A model generated the notes under the pieces. That model was not told the DNA's origin and ran no database searches. It saw only the letters and a program-made list of their open reading frames with translations. This document shows positions 1 through 11,569 of a stretch of DNA of 64,000 nt, in pieces. The position numbers were made by a program, and so were the translations under genes. Location of the stretch: contig NC_043009.1 in the NCBI RefSeq assembly GCF_006345805.1, positions 12,152,001 to 12,216,000 of the forward strand. Direction: 5' to 3'. Origin of the DNA: Octopus sinensis (lineage: Eukaryota). Within the stretch, counting starts at the first letter, position 1, and each line of letters starts with the position of its first letter.

Positions 1-270
1 GGAATTGAGGTCGGGGGATCGCGGTTTCGATTCCTAGACCGAGCGTTGTGTGTGTTTATTGAGCGAAAACACCAATAAAAGCTGCACGAGACTCAGGCAG
101 GGGATGGTGGCCACCCCTGTTGTACTCTTTCGCCACAACTTTCTCTCACTCTGTCTTCCTGTTTCTTGAGTAACGCTGCGATGGACTGGCGTCCCGTCCA
201 GCTGGGGGGAATACATACGCCACAGAAACCGGGAAACCGGACCCATGAGCCTGGCTAGGCTTGAACAGGG
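1..270 (+). mobile_element. SINE-C (tRNA-derived head, tail type 1), 5' end cut by window edge
   Basis: B-box-like GGTTTCGATTCC at about 23-34. Body and tail (gagtaacgctgcgatggactggcgtcccgtccagctggg...cccatgagcctggctagg) match the copies at 17378-17689 and 46590-46901. Confidence 0.88.
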
Positions 271-981
271 TGACGTTCATCGTTATATATATATCATATT
301 TTCAGTTTCCTGTAGTGATATTTTCTCTTTCATTTCCGGTTTTGTTTTCGTCTCTTACGCTTATCATCCGTTCAAAATTTTAAAGATTGTTTCCCTGTCG
401 CATAAATAATTCTATGTCACTTTATACATCTGCAAGATCTAATTCTACGTATTCAGTACATATTTGGAGAGTGACACAGCCTCACAGAAATTGTGGTTGT
501 ATATGATATATTACAGTTCAAGAGTTTGGTTGATAACAGCTGGTTCTTAAATCCCTTGATAAAAAATAATCTACAGAAGTAAGCTTCGCAATTTTGCGTG
601 TACCTGTAGGCATTCAGATATCTTTACACATTCCGAAACACTGGTTTATGTTGAAACTACTTTACATATGTGTTTGCGTACATTTTTGGTGAGTACAAGA
701 CACAGGTAATTAAACAAAAATACGCTCACAAAAATGCATACATACATACATACACACATACATACATATATAAAAGTAAGGACAGGAAGAGATGCATAGT
801 CCTACACACGCACGCGCGCACATAAATGTCTAATTTTTCAAAATGCCATTTGAAATCCCACGTGATCCCTAGATAATTCAGAATTTCATATATAATATTA
901 CTCGAGAAATGCATATTATGTTTGCGTGTAGGCATAAGATCATGGGTGAGTATGTAGCCATGAATGTAAGTTACGTATATA

Positions 982-983
<2 letters not shown>

Positions 984-1020
<37 letters not shown>

Positions 1021-1029
1021 TGTGTGTGA

Positions 1030-1069
<40 letters not shown>

Positions 1070-1134
1070 TTATTTATATATATATATGTATATATATATA
1101 CATAGACAGACAGACAACGAGTGTTATATATGTT

Positions 1135-1167
<33 letters not shown>

Positions 1168-1170
1168 TAC
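984..1170. repeat. Compound (TG)n/(TA)n/(GA)n microsatellite
   Basis: Directly visible dinucleotide runs. Confidence 0.95.
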
Positions 1171-1533
1171 ACACAGTATTTGGTGCACACTCACACGTAA
1201 GCAGTAAGAATAGAGAGTTTATTAGGAATTGCGCCATAGCTCCAAGTTTATATTAATGCTGCGAGCGACACCCTGAAAGGTTTTCTAGAAAGTCAGAAGT
1301 ATCTGACTGTTCCTATTTTATTGTCCTCAGAAGGTAAAAAGACAGCAAAATGATGTAAAGTCAACGTGCGTATGGAACTCTTCAAGAATTTATCGGCCTC
1401 TCCTGTAGCGGAAGCACAGTGGCTCCCATGAAAGACACGGCACGTGTAGTACATCTTTTGGCAAAGTTTGACAGAACAAAAATATTAATAAACGGAAACT
1501 TATTTAATATCTATAGCATCTAAGTATGTTTGA

Positions 1534-1752
1534 AAGGCAGAAATGTTAGCATGCCGAGACAAATGCTTGGCATTTCGTCTGCCGCTGCGTTCTGAGTTCA
1601 AATTCCGCCGGGGTCGACTTGGCCTTTCATCCTTTCGGGGTCGATAAAATAAGTACCAGTCACACACTGGGGTCGATATAATCGATTTAATCCGTTTGTC
1701 TGTCCTTGTTTGTCCTCTCTGTGTTTAGCCCCTTGTGGGTAGTAAAGAAATA
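1534..1752 (+). mobile_element. SINE-A monomer (tRNA-derived)
   Basis: B-box gagttcaaattcc, central ctttcatcctttcggggtcgataaaataagtaccag, 3' end gtagtaaagaaata shared with many copies in the window. Confidence 0.92.
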
Positions 1753-2249
1753 GGTATTTGATATCCCAAAAGGGAACACATTGTATAGGTATGCATGACG
1801 GCATTACACTTAATTTGGCAGAAAGAAAAAAATTGGAGAACTTGCGTGATTGTGTGAATTGGGACCTACTTATTTGATGTATGAATGCCCAGAATGTATA
1901 TACATGCAATACGTGTGTGTGTGATCACGCGCATGCGTGTGAAGGGATTAATTAATTTTTTCATTTTATATGAACGTTATTTTCAGGGACGTAGCTAGTG
2001 TTTGAGACTTGTAGCAGCCCTTAAGTTTGTATCACCTCTCCGCCCCCTTTACAAGCCTATACAGCAGATCTTATAGTGCTCCTTTCCCCATAAAAGCCTC
2101 ACCTGGAGCGGACCACACTCTCACCACAACCATCCCTTACCAGTGCTACTGATTATTCTTTTCAGAAGGCCAGCAACATTTTGAAGGTCGGTGTATATAT
2201 TGGCCCTGAATATGACAGACTCTGCTTATCCAAAGATATTATTAAAGCA

Positions 2250-2900
2250 ATGAGGTGGAATAAAAAAAAATCCTGGACTAGTTATGGTTAATAAAACTGA
2301 TTTATCCAACTTATTTATTTAAGTTTTACATCATCTCTTTTGAAATAGTTACCTTGTACAGCACTACACCGGTCCAAGCATTCTTGTCGCTTTTGGAATC
2401 CGGTTTAGAAGTTTTCTGTTAGTGAGTCAAAGACCTTCTGTGATTCTTTCTAGATCTCGACAACGGTGTTAAAACGGCTACCTTTGAGCTGCATTTTCAT
2501 CTTGGGGAAGATATGGAAATCCGCAGGTACAAAATCTGGCGAATAAGGCGGCTGCGGAAGCGATATCACGTGGCCTTTGACAAGAAACTCACGAAGGAGG
2601 AGAGATCGTGACAGGATGCATTGTCGTCGAGTAGAATCCAAATCTTCGCGTTCTACAGATCCGGTCGCTTTCGCCAAATGTCTTCCCTCAAACGCCTCGT
2701 TGATTGTCCTCCGACGATTCTCATGGACAAGTTGATGAATTTTCTCCGCATTTGCGGGGGTGGCGCTCGTGGCAGGTCTTTCAGATCATTCATTGTTTTC
2801 CGCTTTTAAAGCGCCCGTGTCACTCGAAACATTGCACACAACCCATTGCTTCGTCGTCATAAACTTGTCGATGCCTGCTCAATGTCTCTATAGCAGACTT
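2250..2900 (-). pseudogene. Decayed mariner transposase (C-terminal half)
   Basis: Minus ORF 2450-2677 encodes LPQPPYSPDFVPADFHIFPKMKMQLKG, a variant of the mariner YSPDLAPxD motif. Stops and frameshifts around it; 5' part ends where a SINE array begins. Confidence 0.88.
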
Positions 2901-2904
2901 CTCA

Positions 2905-3583
2905 AGACCTCGGCAGAATTTGAACATTAGAACGTAAGGACGGATGAAATGCCTATTTCTTTACTACCAATAAGGAGCTAAACACAGAGAGGACAAACAA
3001 GGACAGACAAACGGATTAAGTCGATTATATCGACCCCAGTGCGTAACTGGTACTTATTTAATCGACCCCGAAAGGATGAAAGGCAAAGTCGACCTCGGCG
3101 GAATTTGAACTCAGAACGTAACGGCAGACGAAATACCTATTTCTTTACTACCTACAAGGGGATAAACACAGAGCGGACAAACAAGGACAGACAGACAGAT
3201 TAAGTCGATTATATCGACTACAATGCGTAACTGGTACTTAATTTATCGGCCCCGAAAGATGAAAGGCAAAGTCGACCTCGGCGGAATTTGAACTCAGAAC
3301 GTAACGGCAGACGAAATACCTATTTCTTTACTACCTACAAGGGGATAAACACAGAGCGGACAAACAAGGACAGACAGACAGATTAAGTCGATTATATCGA
3401 CTACAATGCGTAACTGGTACTTAATTTATCGGCCCCGAAAGGATGAAAAGCAAAGTTGACCTCGGCGGAATTTGAACTCAGAACGTAACGGCAGGCGAAA
3501 TACGGCTACGCATTTCGCCCGGCATACGAAATGCCGTTAAGCATTTTACCTGGCGTGCTAATGACTCTGCCAGCTCGCCGCCT
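2905..3583 (-). mobile_element. SINE-A head-to-tail array (3 units of about 183 bp plus an older partial unit)
   Basis: Junctions gaaatacc|tatttc (+ strand; gaaatgcc|tatttc at the first) at 2953/4, 3137/8 and 3320/1. tRNA-like head ends at about 3583. Confidence 0.93.
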
Positions 3584-4458
3584 TATATTGGAAAGTTAAT
3601 AGTGATTTGAGAAATCATGAATACAGAAACAGCTTTGCTATGGTACTGACTCTAGTGTTTTATCTGTGGCTGACACCGATAAATATCAGTAAAGTAACAG
3701 AGCAAGGTGTACTTTGCTAATTTCCTGCGTCAGCTGGCAACAATCCGATACAGACGGGATTTTTACTTGAGTAAACTTCAAATCACTGTCAGACATGCAT
3801 TTTTCACATTAATAATCAAGGACATACCTTATCAGTATATGCTAATTATCTCCTTCAGATATAATCAGCTTAATGTTCGGGATCCTTTCAAACAGGAGAT
3901 ATTTTCTAATCAAGGTCAGTTAGCTTTGTATCATTGCGACGTCAGAGGAGTTCCAACGACGAAAGTAGAAAATATACGAACACTGGCGATTCAGAGATAG
4001 TCTAATTTCAAAATGTTTGTGATTTTTCCCGAAAATTGTATATAATGCTGTATATATAAGTATATACGTAAAAAAAAAGCAAAATATATATTCATTTTTT
4101 TTTTTCATTTTCATCTAGTTTCAGCTCACGAGCTGTGGCCATGCTGGGTTTTATTAGACAATTATTTTATTTCCATTGAATATTTTCTTCCACTTTGTTT
4201 AGGGTCATATTTCAATGAAACACTTGTGATCTATTCTGTTGACAACTTTGTCCTTCGTGCGCAGACACGTTTGAATGTCTCATTTGTGTCTCATACGTCC
4301 AGTTGGTGAGTTGGAAAATGTTGGAATCGTTTATTACCAGCTGATGGTTAAGCCGAGCGTGGGCAGATGATCGCCCACGTTCATTGTCATCATCCTCGTT
4401 AAGGTGGGGAGCTGACAGAATCGTGAGCACAGGAGGCAAAATGCTTATCGTACGAGGG

Positions 4459-5290
4459 CAAGGAAGAAGAACTGGGATTCAAACTGCATAGGCAAAGAAG
4501 TAGACGGCATCAAGCAGTAACAGTAACAGATCTAGACTATGCTGATGACCTGGCATTACTACCAGAGAGGATAGATCAGGCACAGGAAGTGCTGAGCAGA
4601 TTAGAGCAGGAATCGGGGATGGTTGAACTGTACCATAACGCAAAGGAAACAGAGTTGCAAGTATTCAACCACGAAATGCCTGTGTCAGTGAAAGTGAGAG
4701 ACGGAAAGTCGCTCAAGGTAGTTGAAAATTTCAAATACTTTGGTGTGTGGACACAAAATACTGAAAAAGACATTGTAGCAAGGAAAACTCTTGCCCGGAG
4801 CGCAGGCCATAAGTTGAGAAAGGTATGAAGTTCACAGTTAGCTAAGAAATTGAAAGTGAAGTTGTTTCCGGCAATAGTGGAGTCTGTTCTTCTATACAGT
4901 GCTGAAACATGGACGCAATTAGAAGGTTGTTATACGAGGATGCTAAGAATGGCTCGGAGTGTCTTGTGGAAAAGTCATACAACAAACGCCAACTTAGACC
5001 AGGGACTACCAAAAGTAACATTGAAGATACAGCACAGAAGGATGAGGCTGGCTGGACACTGCATCAGACATACCGATGAAATTGCTAACAAGCTAGTGCT
5101 CTGGCAACCATCGGAAGGAAGAACCAGGAGAGGAAGGAGGAAGATGACCTCTATTGACCACTTGCTGGAGGATACTGGTATGGAAGGGGTACAGGAGCTG
5201 AGGACCATTATGGAAGATCGAGATGAGTGGGGGAAACGTGTGGAAACAGTATTGGGGCGTCCTGAAGGACGACCTAAATAGATAAATGCT
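4459..5290 (+). mobile_element. 5'-truncated RTE-clade LINE (RT C-terminus), decayed
   Basis: DLDYADDLALL at 4529-4561 (YADD 4538-4549), FKYFG, ESVLLYSAETW, RRMRLAGHCIR and LWQPSEGRTRRGR are typical of the RTE ORF2 3' end. Internal stop at about 4826-4828. Confidence 0.9.
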
Positions 5291-5639
5291 ATAATTGTCA
5301 AAAATCCGATAAAATATCATTAGCTCTGGTTCAAATATTTCCTTCGCTTTATTTCACGTATAATTAAAATTCTAATTAACATAAATTTTGGAGCTATCAA
5401 CTGATTCTTTTGTCCATATTTGATTAAAATCATTCATTGAGTCCATATTTAAATCCCTTAACTGTAAAAATAATCATAATTAATTTTTTTCTTCTGCAAC
5501 AATAAGCATATTACCATTTAGTCTCAATTACGTCTGAAAACACGAGACTGTTTCGGTTCGATAGTTTCTGATCAGGCCTCAATTTAGGCTTAAACATTAA
5601 CAGCTACTACTACCACTGCTGCTGTAGCTGCTGCGGTCA

Positions 5640-6135
5640 CTAATAATAATTTTTCTATTATAGATGCAAGGCCTGAAATTTTTAGAGAGGGGCTTCGTCG
5701 ATGGCCTTGACCCCAGGGCTCAACTGACACTTGTTTTATCGACTCTGAAATGAGGAAAGTCAAAGTAGAACTGGGTTAAATACGAACTCACAATGTAAAG
5801 TCGGAAAAACTGCTGTTACTCATTTTGTGTAGCGTACAAACGATTCTACCAGCTCGCTGCTAATAATAATAACAATAATAATTATAATAATTTTTTTCTC
5901 ATTTTGGCACAAGCCAAAATTATGAGAGGAGGGGCAAGTCGGTCGATTACATCGATCACAGTGTTTGACTACTATTATCGATACGGAACCCCTTGTGGGT
6001 AATAAAAAATCAATTATCGACATCGAAATGCTGAAGGTTAAAGATAACCTCAGCGGGATTTGAACTCAAAATGTAAAGAACTATAAGAATCCCGTTAATC
6101 ATTTAGTTCGACTCGCTAATTATTCTGCCAACCAG
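5640..6135 (-). mobile_element. Two old, degenerate SINE-A copies
   Basis: Residual motifs gaccccag, tttatcgac, aaggtcaaagt, gaactca and gattctaccagctcgc. Confidence 0.65.
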
Positions 6136-6956
6136 TAAAAAAATACTACTAATAATACTTTCTTTGTTAGTCACAATGACCAAAATAACATTTAAGACAT
6201 TACAATAACAATTTAAGATATTACAATAACAAAAATACAGTGAGGATTTACATTTATATGTGTAAACAATATAACAATAACAATCAAGAGAACTAGTAAC
6301 AACAAAGTGGTTACCAAGGAAACCCTCGCATCCTGGATCGTCCTGACCACTAAGGCACCACAAAGGGATGCTCTTCTCCCATCCATTGCCTTCATGCTAC
6401 AGGTACAAGTTTAAATTTGGCTCACTTACCCAGGCCATCATTGCCACAGCCACCTACATTTAAAACAAATTTACGGCTCCTCCTTTCCATTTTTAGCTTT
6501 GATTTTAAATGGAATGTTAAAATGTCGATAAGAACTTGGCCCAAAAGGAAAGGATCAGACTTCAGTCCTTTCACTCTTCAGTTCATTCACCACACAACCT
6601 CTTTCGCCATACCCAATAGGCAGAAGAAAACAACCCGTCCTTCCTAGCCAAAGGATTGCGGTGGGGCGATGTTCACCATGGAGCCAGCCGGTAACTGGAT
6701 GCATCCAACATACAATAATGAAAAATAATGATGATGATGATTCTGTCATTAGCGTTGTTTCTGACATAGACAGAAGAGCACAAGCCTAGAGCAAGAGGCT
6801 GGTCAGTTAAATCGATACCAGTACTTGACTGGCGATATTCCGGAAGGATGAAAGACAAAGTTGAAATCGAAGGATTTTTTGCTCAGAACATAAAAAGCGC
6901 TGGAGCATATAACGCAGTCTTTTGTGTGATGCACTCCTTATATTGCTATAATCAAT

Positions 6957-7365
6957 AAGGTGGTGGCGAACTGGCAGAGAACGTCGGGCAAAACACTTAG
7001 CTGTATTTCGTCAGAGTTCAAATTCCGCCGAAGTCGACTTTGCCTTTCATCCTTTCGGTGTCGATTAAATCAGTACCAGTTACGCACTGGGGTCGATATA
7101 ATCGACATAATCCTTTTGTCTGTCCTTGTTTGTCCCCTCTGTGTGTAGCCCCTTGTGGGCAGTAAAGAAATAAGAAACGTTAGCTCGCCGGGCGAAGCGC
7201 TTAGCGGTATTTCGTCTGTCTTTACGTTCTGAGTTCAAATTCCGCTGAGGTTGACTTTGCCTCTCATCCTTTCGGGGTCGATAAATTAAGGACCAGTTGC
7301 GTACTGGGATCAATCTAATAGACTGGCCCCTCCCACCTAAAATTTCGGGCCTTGTGCCTAGAGTA
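6957..7365 (+). mobile_element. SINE-A dimer with second junction type
   Basis: Unit 1 ends gggcagtaaagaaata and continues directly into agaaacgttagc (7172/7173). Unit 2 carries a different 3' tail (aaatttcgggccttgtgcctagagtagaaag). Confidence 0.9.
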
Positions 7366-7375
7366 GAAAGGAATT

Positions 7376-7945
7376 AGGTGACGAGCTGGTAGAATCGTTA
7401 GCACGCTGAACAATTATTTCCTTTAAAATAAGTAGCAGCTGGGCATAAGGTTGATGTAATCGATTTAATTCCGCCCCCGAAATTGCTGCCATTGTGCCAA
7501 AATGTGAATATAATGAATTAGGTGACGAGCTGGTAGAATTGTTAGCACACCGAACAAAATATTTAGCGGCATTTCGTCCTTCTTTACGTTCCGAGTTCAA
7601 ATTCCACCGAGGTCGACTTTGCTTTTCAACCTCTCGGGGTCGATAAAACAAGTACCAGTTCTTCACTGAGATCGAAGTAATCGACTTACCATCTTCCCGA
7701 AATTTCTGGCCTTCTGCCAAAATCTGAAACCATTCTACATATGACCATCACTGAAGGTGGTGAGCTGACAGATAAAATGCTTAGCAAGATTTCGCAAGTC
7801 TTTACGTTCGGTGCTCAAATCCCGCCGAAGTCGATTTTGCATTCATCCTTTCGGAGTCGATGAAATAAATACCAGTTGAGCTCTGAGGTTGATGTAACCG
7901 ACTTAAATCCTCATCCGAAATTACTGGCCTTGTGCCAAAATTTGA
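7376..7945 (+). mobile_element. Cluster of three older SINE-A copies
   Basis: Heads ggtgacgagctggtagaat at 7377 and 7520 and ggtggtgagctgacaga at about 7757. Tails of the gaaattgctggccttgtgccaaaatttgaaacc type. Confidence 0.8.
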
Positions 7946-8064
7946 AACCAATATTATTTCATACTTCCGGGTTCAAGTACTGGGCTCGATGTAAGCGACA
8001 CTCTACTCCCACCTTCAAAATTTCATGCCTTATGCCTATAGTAAAATGGGTCTAATATATTTTT

Positions 8065-8505
8065 CTAAACACAGAGGGGCTAAACACAGAGGGGACAAAC
8101 AAGGACAGGCAAACGGATTAAGTCGATTACATCGACCCCAGTGTGTAACTGGTACTTAATTTATCGACCCCGAAAAGATGAAAGGCAAAGTCGACCTCGG
8201 TGGAATCCGAACTCAGAACGTAACGGCAGACGAAATACGGCTACGCATTTCGCCCGGCGTGCTAACGTTTCTTTTTTTTTTTATTGCCCACAATGGGCTA
8301 AACATAGAGGGGACAAACATGGATAGGCGAACGGATTAAGTCGATTACATCGAACCCAGTGTGTAACTGGTACTTAATTTATCGACCCCGAAAGGATGAA
8401 AGGCAAAGTCGACCTCGGCAGAATTCGAACTCAGAACGTAACGCCAGACGAAATACGGCTACGCATTTCACCCAGCGTGCTAACGTTTCAGCCAGCGCGC
8501 CGCCT
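8065..8505 (-). mobile_element. SINE-A dimer
   Basis: Two bodies. On the minus strand the A-rich tail joins agaaacgttagc at about 8272. Confidence 0.9.
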
Positions 8506-8859
8506 TACAAATGGGTCTAATATAATCATTGCTGATAATGGTCATTGGGTTCTTATTTTTATAGTTAGCAAAAGAAAACAACCAAGTAATTCAGGAAGAA
8601 TAACCGTTACCACCTCCTTGCTATTGAGTAAGACTTACTAACCCTGACCTTTTCTGAATAAACATTAGCAGCCCACACAGTTGAATAAGCCTTACAACCG
8701 CTTATTATTGAATATCCCTTACACCCCTTACTTTAGAAGAAACCTTTACACCCCTTGCAGTTGATTAGCGCTAACCATTCCTTTCGTACCTTACCCAAAC
8801 TCTGACTTCTTACCTTACTGCCTATGCCTTAATTCCAGTCTTCTTAGATATATCTTCTC

Positions 8860-9176
8860 CTCACTTTCTTCTCCTCCATCTCTTCCTGCCCCTCTCTCTC
8901 AGGTAGATATACACACTCTTTCACACACAAATACACATACACTCATACTTTCTCTCTCCCCCTCTCTCTCTCTCTCTCTCACACACAGATATACACATAC
9001 ACACTCCCTCCCTTTCCTTACTCTTTCTTTTATTATCTCTCTTTCTGGTACACATACACATACTCTTTCTCTCTCTCTCTTTCCCTCTAAATTTTTATCT
9101 ACAGAACTTGTTTCCCAAACTCTACACTGTATCTGTTCCTCCATCTTATCTTTTTCCTTCAGTAGTTTTGTTAATT

Positions 9177-9209
<33 letters not shown>

Positions 9210-9316
9210 CTTCTTCTTCTTCTCCTCCTACTCCTCCTCCTCCTCCTCCTCCTCCTCTTCTTCTTCCTCCTCCTCATTATTATTATTATCATTATTATTA
9301 TTATTATTATTATTAA
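8860..9316. repeat. (CT)n/(CA)n tract and compound (CTT)n(CCT)n(ATT)n trinucleotide microsatellite
   Basis: Directly visible. Confidence 0.93.
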
Positions 9317-9418
9317 GGCGGCAAACTGGTACATTCGTTCGTACGACCAACAGAATGCTTAGCGGCATTTCGCTCGTCTTTACATTCTGAATTCAAATTC
9401 CGCCGACGTCGACTTTGC

Positions 9419-9458
<40 letters not shown>

Positions 9459-9477
9459 TAGATAGATAAATATATAT

Positions 9478-9536
<59 letters not shown>

Positions 9537-9810
9537 GTATATATATATGTATATATATATATATATTTGCATATTTATGTATGTATGTGTATGTATATGT
9601 TTGTGTGTCTGTGTTTGTCCCCCACAACATCGCTTGACAACCGATGCAGGTGTGTTTACGTCCCCGTAACTTAGCGGTTCGGCGAGAGAGGCCGATAGAA
9701 TAAGTGCTAGGCTTACAAAGAATAAGTCCTGGGATCGATTTGCTCGACTAAAAGGCGGTGCTCCAGCATGGCCGCCGTCAAATGACTGAAACAAATGAAA
9801 GAAAAGAGAA
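9316..9810 (+). mobile_element. Chimeric SINE: SINE-A head + (TA)n + SINE-B 3' half
   Basis: 9316-9420 matches the SINE-A head (gaattcaaattccgccgacgtcgactttgc). After (TA)n(TG)n, 9590-9810 matches the SINE-B tail (tgtttgtcccc...ctccagcatggccg...aatgactgaaac). Confidence 0.82.
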
Positions 9811-10034
9811 AGAAAAGAATACAAGAATTGCCTTAATAGCAAAACCAATCACTACAATAAGTTAAGCGATTGTAATATATAAAACATAATGCTTACACTT
9901 GAAACAACTTACTCATCCTCTCCCTCAAAATTGCTGCCCTTGAGGCAAAATTTGAAACCATTATTATTATCCTCCAAAATGGTTATATTTTAAACATCAG
10001 TTTTACAAACTGCCGTGAGTTGAAATTGTGAGTT

Positions 10035-10802
10035 TGTATTGTGCGCGGAAAATCCTCAGTAGTTGGTGGTATCATATATGTGACTGCTTGGCTTTCTAGC
10101 CTCCACTACAGTGTGTGATTTGGTACCGTTTGAGGTGTATATCTTATAAGAGATCTCCACTCTTTCCAGTTATACCGGGATTAGAACTTTCACACTAATT
10201 TCAGGGCAATAGAGAGCTGAGACAACAGTTACAAGAATTTTACAAAGATACTAGACTTTGCAGAAACCAGAAGAATAATTGAATAATACTCATTAGAAGA
10301 AAAACGACAGATCCAAATAGCGGTTGAAAGTCTGCGTTAATCATACCCTTTGAAGATTTTAAAATAAACAGCTAACAGAACGGTTACTTTCCGGTGACCG
10401 GTGGACGGAAAGAGCCCTATATATCCAAGAAGAAAAACATCCAAGGGAAATTTGGCACAATATGGGATAGTGAAGCACAGCACTGTGGTGTGTAGGTGTA
10501 AAGAATTTACGCTGTTAGTTAAATTGTTATATGTACCAATTGAATTAAACATCTGGTGGTTGGTGATAAGCGTTGCTTCTCAAGGAGAGGACGCAACCAT
10601 GGACATGAACAAACATTGCCAGCAATATTGCCCTGAAATTAGGGTGAAAGTTCTAATCCCGGTATAACTGGAAAGAGTGGAGATCTCTTATAAGATATAC
10701 ACCTCAAACGGTACCAAATCACACACTATAGTGGAGGCTAGAAAGCCAAGCAGTCACATATGTGGTACCACCAACTACTGAGGATTTTCCGCGCACAATA
10801 CA
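10035..10802. repeat. 177-bp inverted repeat pair (10035-10211 and 10626-10802)
   Basis: Arms aligned by eye as reverse complements with 4 mismatches; spacer about 414 bp. Confidence 0.95.
10211..10802 (+). pseudogene. Decayed LINE ORF1-like remnant (L1/Tx1 type)
   Basis: Peptide TLLVKLLYVPIELNIWWL resembles RVRIG*VPSEIEEVWL of the zinc-knuckle ORF at 34420-35414. It lies upstream of an RT remnant on the same strand. Confidence 0.5.
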
Positions 10803-10926
10803 GGCCCAGGAAACCTGCACCCACACTACTACTGATACATGAGCCATAACAGTAACATCAACAACAACATCAGTAGCTGTAGCAGCAAGTCGAGCAAAAT
10901 TCGCAACCATAACAGCAGCAACATCA

Positions 10927-11300
10927 GGAGGCGCAATGGCCCTATGGTTAGGGCAGCTGACTCGCGGTCGGAGGATCGCGGTTTCGATTCCCAGACCGGA
11001 CGCTGTGTGTGTTTATTGAGCGAAAAAACCTAAAGCTCCACGAAATCCGACAGGGATGGTGGAGACCCCTGTTGTACTCTTTCGCTCCAACTTTCTCTCA
11101 CTCTTTCTTCCTGTTTCTGGTCCCCGACTTCCTATGCAACTGCTGAGCCTGGATGCGCATCCATCCATCCGTCGATGCTCTCGGTGTCGAGGATTGACCT
11201 GCTTTCTCTTCTGCGGGTCTTACGAATAGCAAAGGACCACGTTTCGGACTTCTCCCATCTTGCGAGCTCTGGGACGAAGACCGTTCGCTCAACAGCAACA
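10927..11300 (+). mobile_element. SINE-C with tail type 2, inserted in a CAA/CAG repeat
   Basis: Head ggaggcgcaatggccctatggttagg with B-box ggtttcgattcc. Tail gacttcctatgcaactgctgagcctggatgc...gaagaccgttcgctcaac matches 37870-38250. Confidence 0.9.
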
Positions 11301-11569
11301 ACAACAACAGCAATAGCAACCGCTGCAATAACAACAGCAGTAGGTATCCAAACCAGTGCCGCAACACATGTGAGCTGAGGGTTGAAGGGTTAGAAAGCAA
11401 AGAGATGTCTTCTGCTCGCTACAAAAGAATAACACCGATATTAACTCAAGTGACACGTACGCACACACATGCCCCAACGAGCTTTTTCTCCGATTTTCTT
11501 TAAATATTTTGATTCCGAATTCTCGTGAAATCAGAAGCGAATAAGCAGTTTGGATACTTACAAGCCGTG

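Noticed and set aside
1984-2150. cagggacgtagctag as a hAT-type MITE end
   Set aside because: No matching opposite terminus or TSD found.
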